64,000 nt of DNA from Eledone cirrhosa (Eukaryota): NCBI GenBank assembly GCA_964016885.1, contig OZ024740.1, positions 413,168,001 through 413,232,000 on the forward strand, read 5' to 3'. A program made the position numbers and the translations under genes. How positions within the stretch are numbered: position 1 is the stretch's first letter; the number at the start of each line of letters is the position of its first letter. The notes under the pieces are model-generated. The model did not search any database. It saw only the letters and a program-made list of their open reading frames with translations, and was not told where the DNA came from. Of the stretch, positions 13,741 to 27,386 are shown piece after piece.

Positions 13741-14508
13741 AAGTATATGCGTCCTTGTTTACGTCGAGGTCACAATTTGCCTCAACCAAATTTCCTTTCA
13801 TCTGTTCAAGGGAGATAAATTTAAACAAGTAGTTATTCGTTTCGATTTAATTCACTGTGTCCTCTTTCGCACTTGTGCAGCTGAGTTAGTATTGCAAGCT
13901 TTATTACTTCGTTTCTTGACTGTATCACGTGAAGACCTACCAGTAAATAAAAGAGTATCTTCATTCGCAACACATTTAGGCGACTGACGAACCTTATATG
14001 GTATTTATTTGCTTTTAACTATCATCATACATACGTATATTAATACTTTCATCGTTAGCCATCTTAAATGATACAATGTAACGTTTTGAAATGTATTGGC
14101 TGAAACGATAGTATATGTATCTTGTTTTCCAATTCCTTTGTTTTCCTGTAATTTTAATTCTGTTATTTTATGAAATGCAATGAACTATTGTCTTTTCTTG
14201 CCAAATAGATTAAATTGTATTTATTTTACAATGTGTCAATTTCATGTTTACAATGATTGATGAGGCTAACAGTATACGATCCGTTTAATTTTGCAAGAGA
14301 AAAACGAATAAACATTTGCTTTTCGACAATTTTTGAAACGCGGTTTGAAGTCGGGACAAATGAAAGTAAATATACTGATAAATATAATGATAAACGTACT
14401 TGTAGGTAAATATATATACTTAAGGTGACCATAGTGAATTCTGGCATCTTTGTGTTTGATGGCGCGAGGTTATACCATGGGTTATTATTTGCCATTATAT
14501 TATATTAT

Positions 14509-15069
14509 GGGCGGTGGATTGGCAGTATCGGTAGAGGGTCGGACGCCATGCTTTGATGCATAGAGTTACGGCCCTTGTCATTCTGAGTTCAAATCCGCCG
14601 AGGTTAACTTTGCCTTTCATCCTTACGGGGTCGATAAAATAAAGTACCAGTAATGTACTGGTTACTTGCTGGCCTTATGCCAATAGTAGAAACAATTATA
14701 TTATATTAATGTATGGTGGATTAGCAGTATCGGTAGAGGGTCGGATGCCATGCTTTGCAGCAAAGAGTACGGCCCTTTATGGTCTGAGTCTCTGAGTTCA
14801 AATCCCGCCGAGGTTAACTTTGCCTTTCATCCTTACGGGTTCGATAAAATAAAGTACCAGTAATGTACTAGATAATTGCTGGCCTTGGTCCAAAAGTAGA
14901 AACAATTATATTATATAATTGAAATATTTAAGGGCGATGGAGTGGCAGTATCGGTAGTGTGTCGGACACCATGCTTCGCGACAGTGTGTTACGGCCCTTT
15001 ACGTTCTGCGTTCAAATCCCGCCGAGGTTAGCTCTGCTTTTCCTCCTAAAGAGGTCGATAAAATAAAGC
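14509..15069 (+). mobile_element. Three head-to-tail family A SINEs (14509-14697, 14715-14907, 14931-15069)
   Basis: Three consecutive consensus matches. The first has TSD ATTATATTATATTA; the third lacks the 3' tail. Confidence 0.9.
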
Positions 15070-17861
15070 AGTTTAATTTCTACTATTCAGTCTAAGACTG
15101 AATAGTAGAAACTAAACGCATATTTACTTATGTCTCATATATTTTAGGCAGTTATTCTAGTATTCATTCTAATATAAATATATAGATAGACAGATCATTT
15201 AGTGTTATAAATTTGTTAACTTTGTACAACATTGTATAAGAATTATGTGGACAGGTATCAGTGTAATCAGGTCGTGATATTAACTGTACAGTGGAATTCC
15301 AATATAAATATCAAGGTAGCAGCTGTGCGTCGTAAATACATGATTTGCAGAGATATAAATGTTGTTGTGATAAGACTGTTTTACATTAATAATACTACGT
15401 GGCTGATATGATACAAAGTTCATCTGAAAGAACAGAAACAAACATAGGTGAATGAGAATTAAAACAATGAGATGTTGTGATTGTCTCTTCCGTTCTTGAA
15501 ATCGTCTTTTCCGTTCTTGAAATTGAGTCATTTCGCCAAAGTTTGAAATTACTTTCATTCTCATATTTATTCGAGTTGTTTGTGTTGTTTTGTTTAGTCC
15601 CAAGTTGCGCTGGATGATCACAACGTTTTCTTTTCTAAACTATATTTTTGATTGGGTTCTTTTAATCGCAAGAAGACTAGAATGAGATTTGCGGTGCAAT
15701 TGACTGCTCATTCCTTACTGAATCGTCTGATATTATTCATATTTTTGTCATTAAAGAAGGTGGATTAGCGTATTTAGAAGAGCTTCGATATCTAATTGCG
15801 ATGTTTTACTGTCTGACTTCAAATACTGTGAAGTTCTGCTTCATCTGGAATCTCTCTGGTGTTGTGGAAAATTACGCATTTAATTAATAACAATGATGTT
15901 ATGTACAGTTGCCAGAACATTTGGTAACTTGATAACAATGTTATAAATGAAGGTTTTAATAATATTTATTATAGAGATACGTTAGCAGCATCTTACATTT
16001 ATCGATTTGGTAATATCAATGAAATAATCCATCGCAGGTATCATGCTACTTTCGAATATAATGTGTTTTTTCTTGTACCATTTTGGGGAATCCACATTTT
16101 CTGTATCAATATTTGTTGTTGATTAACTGCAAGTCTTATCTATCAAATTGTAAGGCGTTTCATTTATTAATAGTCTGCAGGACTGCATAATTAATATCCC
16201 TAATCATTTTCCTGTTCACATGATAAACGTTTCCTACAAATTTCAGCAAAGAAGCAATAATTTAATGATTGTGTATTCAAATTAATGTCATACTGGTGCA
16301 TATTTCAATGGATTCCTCATGAGCATGGCGTTTTGTATATAAGTACCAAAGTTATTCACTATTCAAGTACACAGCGATGTTAGAAAATATAACTATACAA
16401 ATAAAATTGTGCCAAATAGCCGTGTCAACAAACAAGTAGAAAACGATTCAATTATTTTCATTGATCAGCAATTCAGAAACATCGATATCAGTGTGAGATA
16501 TACCAACGGACAATTGACATTTAGTGCAAGACTGAACTTCTACAACAGGTGAGAAGTTATTTGAACTGTTTCCCCTTTGTTATATAGTGTAAGTAAACAG
16601 AAATGACCTCGTCGTCTATTGATCTATGACTTACATTTAAAAAGGCAACTAGTTAACTTATCATCTTACAATAGACTGACCAGCTTTGTAAATTTACAAA
16701 CAACAGATTATTTTACATGTTGTCTGTAAACTAATATCGATTCATAGTCTCTGAAGTCAATTAACATCCTTAGGATCGCTATCTCCCTTGCGAAATGTAT
16801 CAATGTCAGTGATGACTATTAACCTTCACCATATAGTTTTGAACTGTTGACTAAATATGAAATCAATATAATACTCGAAGTAAACGATAATTTCTTTTAA
16901 GGCTGGCTTTATACCAAAAGTTACAATTATCACCTATGATCTCAAGAAAAACTAAACGTTTAGTGAAAATGTAGAAATGTTAAGACATCTGAAAAAAGTC
17001 TATTTTATCCTCTATATCGTGATTTCAACCCACACGGTTGCCAATAAATTGCATGGCGATAATGTGTAATTGAGCTTGTTAACTCGCGTCAATGTTTAGA
17101 ATTGCTTTCTTATGTGACACCATAGATCTCTAATCTAACAAAAGGTTAGCAAAAGCAAGGATGCTAACTTTTCACTATGTCTCCTACAAGAAACTCGTAG
17201 ATATGTCCTGCATATGATATACACTAATCTCATATCCCTTCTGTAAAAGACATGATGTCACACTGATTCTTTAGTGAAATATTGTAATCATATGTATATA
17301 TATTTCAAACGCTACAAGAACTCCAAGTACCTTACTGTACATAAGGAAGTATATAAGGGGGATTAATGGACCATGTGAAATAAGCTAGGGCAAACGTTAA
17401 AGTTGGTAGATGGAAGCCCATTTATCACGTAGATGTAACTTATTCTATTTTTCTTCGGTTACTCCCTTGCATGTTCCATTGTCCTGCCCCCCCCCCCCCC
17501 TCATTCGGTTTGTTGACTTCGTTTTTCCTCTTTCTTCCTCTCTTCTCATTATTTTTTTCTTTTCTTTCCCTTATGGCCTTTTAATCGATAAAATGCCTTG
17601 GGCACGCTGCTGATCGCTTTCGATATCTTGTTTTAAGCGCCTAAACATCTAGGATCTGCAGTTAGCAGCTGAGGAAGGGGTTCTTCTCTTGTTTCGTCCA
17701 TACTACCATCTTAAACTTTCTTTACAGTAACCACACAGATCGATACATTTCTTATATATGTCACGTACCTTAGTGATTAAGATGCTACTTTCAGGTACAA
17801 AGTGAGACATTTGTCCTTGAATTCATTCTTTCACTTTGCTCCAATCATTTCAGTAGGGGGA

Positions 17862-18030
17862 ATATATATTTCTAAGGTACTGGGCTGTTTTTTTCAGTAT
17901 GTCCTCGTCAGATAACATATATGATTTGATATATCAAGACCGTAGTGGTATGTCATATATCAAATCATATATTTTATCTGACGAGGACGTACTGAAAAAA
18001 CAACACAATACCTTCGAAATATATATAATA
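17862..18030. mobile_element. Fold-back PLE-type terminus with a TATATA-type hammerhead in each arm
   Basis: Inverted arms at ~17862-17932 and ~17955-18027. Right arm reads TAT-CTGACGA-...-GAAA-TATATA-TA-ATA. Confidence 0.65.
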
Positions 18031-18306
18031 AAGTATATATTTTGATTATGTGAATATCTTCATTTGTTAATATTTTGAATAATATATATATATATATATA
18101 TAGAGATTACAATAATCAAAGTTCAGTTTAAGTCATTTATTTGCTTACAATTGTTTCCTCCAAACCGAGGTTTGGATTCTTCGGAGCAACTATTTACTGA
18201 TCTATAACATACTTGACCTCCTTTTCAACCCAAGAGACACATAAAACATATGCGCATATTGATCAACAGTGGGGTGACATTCATCAAATGATATAGCATG
18301 GCAATT

Positions 18307-18441
<135 letters not shown>

Positions 18442-18476
18442 GCGTGTGTGTATGTGTGTGTGTGCGTGTGCGTGCG

Positions 18477-18515
<39 letters not shown>

Positions 18516-19904
18516 GTGCGTGTGTGTGTAGGGTCATATTGTTGTAATAATATTGCCAGAATTAATAACAGAATGCACTCACTGTTTGGTTGGTTTTCAC
18601 TTCTGTATCTTTTATATCAGTTAATTCATTCGGTCCTCAATGTTTACCATTGACTGAGAAACGGTCAAAAATACAGATATAATATAGATATAAACACATA
18701 TATATAGTCTAACAAAGTTCTTTCGTTGCACATCTGCAACATCGTCAGTGGTGCTATTATGTTCCTCCTCTTGTATTGTATATTTACGCGTAAATATACA
18801 ATACAACAGGTCCTCATAAGTTGTCTACTGGGGTCTCGGATATTTCAACGCCCGAAAGACAATATATCTACCCCCAGAGGGTTCAATATCTAGGTAAGTT
18901 ATTGGGAAAACGGAGGTGAGGGAAGAAAAATAGAAAGGAAGGGGAAAATGGAAAAGAAAAAACAGTGAAAAAAATAACAAACCGGAGAATATGCGAGCAA
19001 CTTCAAGAAAGAAAATATAAGTTCACAACGATGCTGAACGGTAGTTATAAAGCGTGTGGAGGAATAAAAACAACCGTCTGATCCCAGAGAGTGTAAGTGA
19101 GAAAAGGACTGCTAGAGGGTCAGGCCAGGTAAACAATGAGGTGGCTGTCAGAGAGAGTGAGTGAAAGGGAGAGGAAGAAAGAAGGGGAAGAGTAGAGCAA
19201 CGAAATAGGTAGGTAGAAGGAGAGAGAAGCCTAGTCACAGCGAAACATAATAGAATAAATGGAGATTAGGAAGAATGTGTAGTATGGGGTGGGGATGCGT
19301 GTGTGAGTGGGTGTACGTATGACAGCTTAGATTTATATATATATATCTGTGTGTGTTTATATATGGGTGCGTTGTATTGGCCAATTTAATGAGAGATCGG
19401 TGCATCCTTATCATGGATATATAGTAGCACTCGTCACAAATTGTTCTGAAAAACTAAAAGATTTGCAGTGAAAATAGTTTAACACTCATTCCAGTACACC
19501 CCGATTTCTAAAAACCCAATTCCTTTTTACTTCTATTATCGAATGTAATAGTAATCAAATTTTATATCAAAATTGGATGAATAAATCACCCTGAAGTGAA
19601 TGAAATTTACACAAATTTTAAATATATCGTTTACATATTGTAATTTAAGAGTTATTTGGCAAAGGTTTTGTTTACCTTTAAGCACATCTTTGTTAGGTTT
19701 TGTGACTGTATTATCATTCACATTTGATTTTAAAAGATTTTATGTATTTCACCTTTATGTAATGTAATTAACCCCGAAACTGATAATGGAGATCGAGAAT
19801 GCACATTAAAGTAGAAAATGTAATTTTCGATAGCTTCAATAACCAAATTATTATCCTTTATATTGATTATATTTGACAGCATATATATATATATATATAT
19901 ATAG

Positions 19905-20165
19905 TTTTTTGAATATTAATAATAACATTCGATTCGTTTGCTATTATGCAAGCAAGCCTCAATTTTATAGCCATGTCAGTAGAATGAACCCTTCATTCTT
20001 GCTCTTAGGTTGGAATGTGAACAGAACGAAAATAGCATATATTTTCACTAGCTCTGACAGTTTGGCAGATGAACAGTGAGCTGTACTGATGAAGAGTGAT
20101 ACCCAGAAACATTAGTATCTGCAGTTCTGTTCACATGCCAACAAAAGAGCAAGAATGAGGGGTAC

Positions 20166-20224
<59 letters not shown>

Positions 20225-20310
20225 CGTGCATGAATTCACTGACATGGCTATAAATTGAGGTTTGTTTGCATAATTGGAAACGAATCGAATGTTATTATTA
20301 ATACTCGAAA
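19905..20310. repeat. Imperfect inverted repeat with an HHR-like motif in the spacer
   Basis: Arms at ~19905-20030 and ~20124-20310, the right arm interrupted by (GT)n. Spacer contains CTGATGA...GAAAC-ATTA-GTA at ~20085-20118. Confidence 0.65.
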
Positions 20311-21430
20311 AACTCTATTACATTTCAGCTAGTATATTAATATACTTACATGTTTATATATCACTTGATAACATGCTGCATAGTAGGTACATCGAGTCTT
20401 GAAAGTACATTAAGATAACACTTTTTTTATTATGATAGAATTGTGTTAGTCTTGATACGAACGATATAATATTTTTTTAATTAAATCTCTTATCCCTCTG
20501 TGGGCAGGCAAATATTGCTACAGACATCTTGATTCTATTAATTAATAAAAATTATCGAAGTTTTTCTGCTGAAATCGCTATGCGAAATAGAACGACTTGG
20601 AAGCTGTATCCGAGTTCGTATATGCTATGTATAATTATATATGATGGGCGTGAGTGTATTGTTGGTGGTTTTTGTAGTAATCGGGATAGTAGTATTAGTC
20701 ACAGCAGTGTTCGTAGCACTGTTCATTTTGTTGCTGCGGCGGCGATCATTCTTTTCTGAGATTTGGCTCTTCCATCCTGTGCACAGTAGATAGTTCTGTC
20801 TCGCGGAAAACAACTTTCAAAATTTTGAGTCTCGTGTTTCGAACGAAACAGAATTTCAGACTTTAAGTGCTACGGGTAAAGAAAAACTACCCATTCCCAG
20901 AAAACACTTTTTCGTCTAACATTATAAAACAACAAGAAATGTCCAATATAAATGGGAATAACAATACACATGCGGGAGCGTTCTGCACCACGTGTAGTTA
21001 GAGGAGCAATCAAAATAATCATGATAATATTAATAAATTTTTCCTGGTTTTGGTAAGATTTATCTAGCAATCGTTTCCGTGTTAATTGGTCTCAGAGCAG
21101 TCCATGACCTCAGAGACACAATATTTCGTGCAGGACTCTGGCAGTGTAATTTAGATGGAAGTATTTAATGCATTGTGTATAAAGTAGGAGATCCCAAGGC
21201 TTTTGATGAAGGTCATAAGGCATTTAAAAATGCCATGTACGTAAACCAGCGAAAGTAGTCGCAAATGAACAAGTGAACATAAACATCCAGGAAGACAGGA
21301 AAATAGAATATTGAAGTTGCATACAAAACCGAACTAAAACATGTAAGATAATAGAGGTAATTTGTGCGATTCACATTGCGGTGAAAGCAAATGCGGTGTA
21401 GATGAATCCGGGATCTAAGGTAAGAATTAT

Positions 21431-21620
21431 AATTGTTTCTACTTTTGGCACAAGGCCAGCAAATACCCAGTGCATTACTGGTACTTTATTTTATCGACCC
21501 CGTAAGGATGAAAAGCAAAGTTAACCTCGGCGGGATTTGAACACAGAATGGCAAGAGCCGTAACTGTATGCTGCAAAGCATGGCGTCCAACTCTCTACCG
21601 ATACTGCCAATCCACCGCCC
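21431..21620 (-). mobile_element. Family A SINE, full length
   Basis: Reverse-complement consensus match, TSD TAAGAATTATAAT. Confidence 0.92.
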
Positions 21621-22904
21621 GTAAGAATTATAATGTTTGTGGAAATGTATATAGATAATAGAATATCCTCTTACCCTAGGATCTCCAGGCACAATATTTG
21701 AACATTTCACCAAATGTCTTTCTAAGCTCAGCGACACAATTAACGTTGCAGCATAACAGAATGCTCGGAGACAGAGACTCACTGAGAATTAAAATATTTG
21801 CTGAACATCGGAAGTTGCGTGAAATGGTTTGTTTATATACTGACTGAATCACCAATACAATCGTTGTTCAATTTACAGACTATTAATAACGTCAATAACA
21901 ATAATGCATTCTCTCGTTTAATCTTGAATCTGATCTAAATACATATACTGCGTACTATGAATATATTAAGATATGCATGAGAGTCTATTGGAAAATCACC
22001 AACAAAACAAGGCTAAGGAAATATGAATTTTTTCAGAAATTTTGAAATATATTTTATTTGCTTATATTTGAATTGTTACAATTTTAATCCTGAATATGAA
22101 AATTTGTATGAGATTGCATGTCATGTGAAGAAGATTCTGTAATACAATTGAAATGTACCACCTAACAATGTTTTTCCAATGGTTTCTTTCGTCGGCTTCT
22201 ATAAAACTCTTAGTCGAACTAAAGAATAGTGTTTTCTATTATGTCATACATAATGTTGATTTTAATTTACAAACAGAAATATATTTACATGCATTTGAAA
22301 TCTAGATCTTTTATTTACGAAGCATCTCGAATGGATATTTGGAAAAACCTATGAGTATCTCCGAGTATCCCTAGATGGAATAGATTTTTATTCAGCTAAA
22401 AGTAATCTTTTGTTCAGTCAGTTAGAGCATGCATTTACTTTATGTTGTAGATAATAAAATATAGAATACACTAACAAATTTAGTAGGTGTAACAAATGAA
22501 AGAAAACAAATAACATATTTTACAGCGGTATGATGTAGCAAAAGGACACATGGAGTATTATTCAGACTGCAGTTTATGTATGAATGTTTGGGTGTTAAAC
22601 CGGGCATTGTATTATATCCCCAATCCCCTAAATTAAACAGTTCAGCAGAGGCAATTCCAAACATTCTTTGCCCACAAAAATACACATATCTACTTGAAAA
22701 GATCTACTGCTTTGTCAGAAGACATTCACTAACATAACTGACCGCGTAATAAGATTGAAACTCGTAATACATAATTCTGGAATGGACTATATACATATAG
22801 TCAAGTACATTTTTCTTTTAATATTATATTACTCCATTTCCTTGTTGAAACTGAAACATTCAGTACTTAATGTGATGGACCATCACGGTTATGTATAATT
22901 GCAC

Positions 22905-23087
22905 ACCCCTAATATGCGAATATATGAGAATTGAGTAAGTAACTGCTAGCAAACCCCTAATATGAGAGGATATGAGAATTGAGTAAGTAACTGATAGGAA
23001 ACCCCTAATATGCGAGGATATGAGAATTGTGTAAGTAACTGCTAGCAAACCCCTAATATGCGAGGATATGAGAATTGTGTAAGTAAG
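22905..23087. repeat. 48-bp minisatellite, ~3.8 copies
   Basis: Unit CCCCTAATATGCGAGGATATGAGAATTG(A/T)GTAAGTAACTGCTAGCAAA starts at 22906, 22954, 23002 and 23050. Confidence 0.95.
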
Positions 23088-25660
23088 TCATATTACGTTA
23101 AACGTGATAATCGGTTAGATGTATTATGAAGTCAATAAAACATCTCAGTTATTAGAAACTGTCTATTCATTCAAATTTGAGCGCATTGTCAATTATATTC
23201 TATCTATTTACAATTACTGATTTGCATTGCACTAATCTAAGAAGCCTTTGCATTCATTCATAAATATTCAATTTAATATAAACTACTTTTTCTGATGCTG
23301 AAATGCATATTCTCAAAGCAATTTCCATCAATATTTGTACGAATATTATTAAGGAATATTAAATTGTACGAGAGAGAAAAATATATTCAATGACTCATAT
23401 TTACATTTGATTACTACAGTGCATGACTAAGAGTCATGTAGAAATTGTTTAACGTTGGTAATCCCCTGTACAGAACATGTACTAATGTAGCAGGTAGTTA
23501 GAAAATATTGTTAGTTCTCAAAATCTTCATCATATTCTGACTGTAGATCATACATTATCAACCGGATCTTGTCCTCATAGTATATCCTATTGATTTTCTC
23601 TGACATGAACACAATATAAATGCCTCATTATATCACTTCGAATGCTATATTCATTGTCCTTATCTCAGATTTGAAGGCAAATGAAACACTGATGATTGTG
23701 TAAATACTTCTGATAATATGATGGTTTTACAACATCATGAGGTACATTTGTATTCACTACGCCTTTGACACGGAACTACACTGTCCACTACACGTTGTTA
23801 TTCTTTAAAGTCACTGCACCAGTCATTCCAATATGGATCATCATGCCATTATAAATTCTATCTAATTGCCCTCGTTTTTGATTAGTTTACGACAATTCAA
23901 CTTTTATATTCATTTGTTTACAATTGTCACGAGCATAATAATTATTATCAAGGACGATATAATGAATGAATTAAATCTTTGGTACTGGTGGCATATATGT
24001 TATCGTCTCTGGTGAATTGAAAGTAAAATTCTCGTTTCTCTTTCTCTCGTCGGAATCAGAAAGGGTGTCAAGAAAGGAGTATTCCACCGATCATTGCACG
24101 AACACGCTGTGGACACGACAAGAAATAAATAACTCCATGGTTTCCAATGCCTCCAAATATGCAGATCGATTTGTCAATAAATCTTTCTCAGAGGACAGCG
24201 ATGGTATTCAGTATTGCCACTGAATTAATCCGCATTTTCTTAATTCTTAGCTCTCTTACTTCCATTCTCAGTAGTGTCGTAAGTAAATCTCTTAGGAATT
24301 GGTTATGTTTCGAGAATGTCCTGTCTTATGTAGATTCCTGCGCGTGCACCCCCATTTTCTTATAATATTGAGAGATAGGGGGAGCAAGTGAGACGGAGTC
24401 AGTGACAGTGGGAGTTTGGATGCATTGTGCTTGGACCTGGTGTATATGTATATATATATTTACAACACCATATTAATAGTAAAATGAGTGAAACAAAGTA
24501 ACACAAACAACATATAGACACAAAACATCAGAATTTACAAATGTATCATTTTCATTCTTCCAAAGCTGTATGACGTACATATCTACATGTTTGAAGTTTT
24601 CCTGATTTTCCGAGAAATTAAGCCTAATACAGAAATAACACAGCAGAATCTATAATACTTCTAGGAAGGATATTTAGTTTCGCATATATGCTTTAAAAAG
24701 TGTTCAATCTTTTGTTTTGTATTGAGGTTTGAATGTTCCAAATCAATCAGAAAGTAGATCTCAAGCTATCTAAAGTTTTGAAAAGCTTGTAAAAATGTAT
24801 TTAACAAAGTAGCACTTATTGAGAAATTAGTAAATGAATACTCGAATAACCGACCACATTTAATTGCGTCGTGAATTTGTAATATCAATTTAATTGCTAC
24901 CAAATATAATTAAATAAATATTACCGAGAGGTGATCGAGCAGACGTTATGGCGATAATATTAAGAGGCGTGAATGAAATACAAACTTCAAGAAGTTACCT
25001 GCATTAATTACATAGGATCAAGGCAACAAAAGACCTTGTGTCTGGTTTTATCAAACTGCTAAATAATCAAAACAATCCCCATCCGATAGTATTCTAGTCA
25101 TCTTAACATCCGGAAGAGTTCATTGGATAATGTTTTCTAATGTAAATACACAGTGTCTTAATAAAGCATGTCCTGGTCACAGATGGAATTATTTTGTTCT
25201 AGTCATAGTACTATGATTAGTACATGATTAGTACTGCCAATTACACGGTTTTTATATATGTCATTATTAGTATTTTGTTAACATGAATATCGATTTATTT
25301 AGATGAACAGTTCTTACAGTGAGAGCATTTGATTTATATCAATCTCACATGCAAAAATATGCCAGAACGTAATTGGCATCATGTTAAACATATTAATTAT
25401 TGTAAACAGTTCATAATTATTTTAATTGAATAGTAAACTGAAAGTTGTTTGATATTATATATGAAGCGGTAATAAAATTATTTAGCTAAGCTATAATATA
25501 TATATTCGTAGGACTCATTAGAAGATGTGCTCATGGCTACGGTCAAAATGCTGATACAATGCAAATTAGTGCAAACGGGAAAACTAAGATGGTGTAAAGT
25601 AAATAAAAACTAAGATAACATTTTAAACTTTCTCCTTATATTTCATATCAAGCCGATATA

Positions 25661-25842
25661 ATTGGCAGTATAGGTAGAGGGTCGGACGCCATGCTTTACA
25701 GCAAAGAGTTTGGGCTCTTTCCATTCTGAGTTCAAATCCCGCCGAGGTTAACTTTGCCTTTCATCCTTACAGGGTCGATGAAATAAAGTACCAGTAATAC
25801 ACTGGGATAATTGCTGGACTTGTGCCAAAAGTAGAAACAATT
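25661..25842 (+). mobile_element. Family A SINE
   Basis: Consensus match, slightly 5'-clipped. Confidence 0.9.
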
Positions 25843-26787
25843 ATATATAAACTGCATTAGGAGAAACTTAGTGACGGAAATATATGTTTGTTTATTTAAG
25901 CGATCCCTAACCGGAAGTGTTGACATGTGAAAATTTTAAAGAAGTGAATCTTAAAATAAACAACAATACTATTTATATTTAGTCAAGAATAACGAAATTT
26001 AGTAGATAAATTATGTAATATTCATTCATTATTTATTGAAAGTAATCGAACTTACTTTACAAACGGGATAAAAAAATATATTCTGGACGCAGTCCCGCAC
26101 CCCTTACTTTATTATAGTTTAGATTTAATACACTAGTTTGGTTTCAAATCTGTCGTAACGTATTCATCCATTATTTTAGCTAAGATAAATTGTCCAAAAA
26201 TCTTGCAACTGCGCAATTTAGATTCCGGAGTACCAAGATTCACCACTGAACAAATAAATGAATATTTGGTCTATTTCGGTATTGAGTACTTATATTGGTG
26301 CCTGCCAAAAATACACGAATATATATATATATATATATATTCTTTATAACTGGTTCTATCCTGATACATTTGAGAATATGCCTTATAATTTCCATTCTTT
26401 TCAATAAATACTATAAATCCTATTTAAGCAGTTGATAACTGCTCTGAGTTCCTATTTCATGATTATTTCATATAACGTTATTATTAACATTACCTTTAGT
26501 TAAGGATGATGAAATCATAAACGTTTAATCTGTTTGAAAGTAAAGTTAATTTACTTGCCACAATTCATACCTAACATCTATTTAATACTAATAGATTACA
26601 TGGCGGAGTCCCTTAAATACTTTTCAGCAACAGTTCCTGTATCTTGGTTCATTTTTGATGATGCCAGATATATATTTTAAAGTATAAAATATGGTTGATT
26701 ACGTATTAAAGATATATTTGTATTATCTATCGAGCCATTAATCTCGTTTTTTCGTGGTGTGATTAAAAGAAATATGTTTACAACCAC

Positions 26788-26839
<52 letters not shown>

Positions 26840-26904
26840 GTTGTTCCGGGTTTAATCGGAGGTAACCACAGTAAGTAAGGTACTCAATACTTTGCAGAGT
26901 ATAA

Positions 26905-27213
26905 AAGTTTTAATATAGATGAGATTCTACAGGACTAGAATTGTTTCATTCTTTAGAAATCATCAGGAATCTGGGTATCAAAAAATAAGTATGGTATTTA
27001 TAGGTCTCTTCAGGTGGCAGTAGAGGGTAGGGAGTGGGTTGGGTGTAGGTCATTGGTTGATCAACCAATCACCTACACCCACCCCACTCCCTACCCTCTA
27101 CTGCCACCTGAAGAGACCTATAAATACCATACTTATTTTTTGATACCCAGATTCCTGATGATTTCTAAAGAATGAAACAATTCTAGTCCTGTAGAATCTC
27201 ATCTATATTAAAA

Positions 27214-27216
<3 letters not shown>
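26905..27216. repeat. 312-bp spacerless palindrome between (TA)n arrays, with an HHR in each arm
   Basis: Centre TTGGTTGA|TCAACCAA at 27060/27061. The arms are complementary except for about two positions. Confidence 0.92.
27149..27199 (+). ncRNA. Type I hammerhead ribozyme motif
   Basis: AGATTC-CTGATGA-tTTC-taaa-GAAt-GAAACA-attctagtcc-TGT-A-GAATCT: 6-bp stem I, GUA cleavage triplet. Confidence 0.75.
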
Positions 27217-27295
<79 letters not shown>

Positions 27296-27386
27296 GAGGT
27301 TATATTTAATTTGTTGGGATTCAACAAGCTTAAATATGTTTATAATGGATATAAAGCACTCAACAATGAGTGGAGTAAATATTCAA

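Noticed and set aside
18531-18599. Inverted match to 46241-46306 as terminal inverted repeats of a 28-kb element
   Set aside because: The match is short and diverged with no TSD or transposase. Two dispersed copies of a small repeat explain it better.
22905-23087. Regularly spaced repeats as a CRISPR array
   Set aside because: The 48-bp units are contiguous with no unique spacers, there are no cas genes, and the context is eukaryotic.
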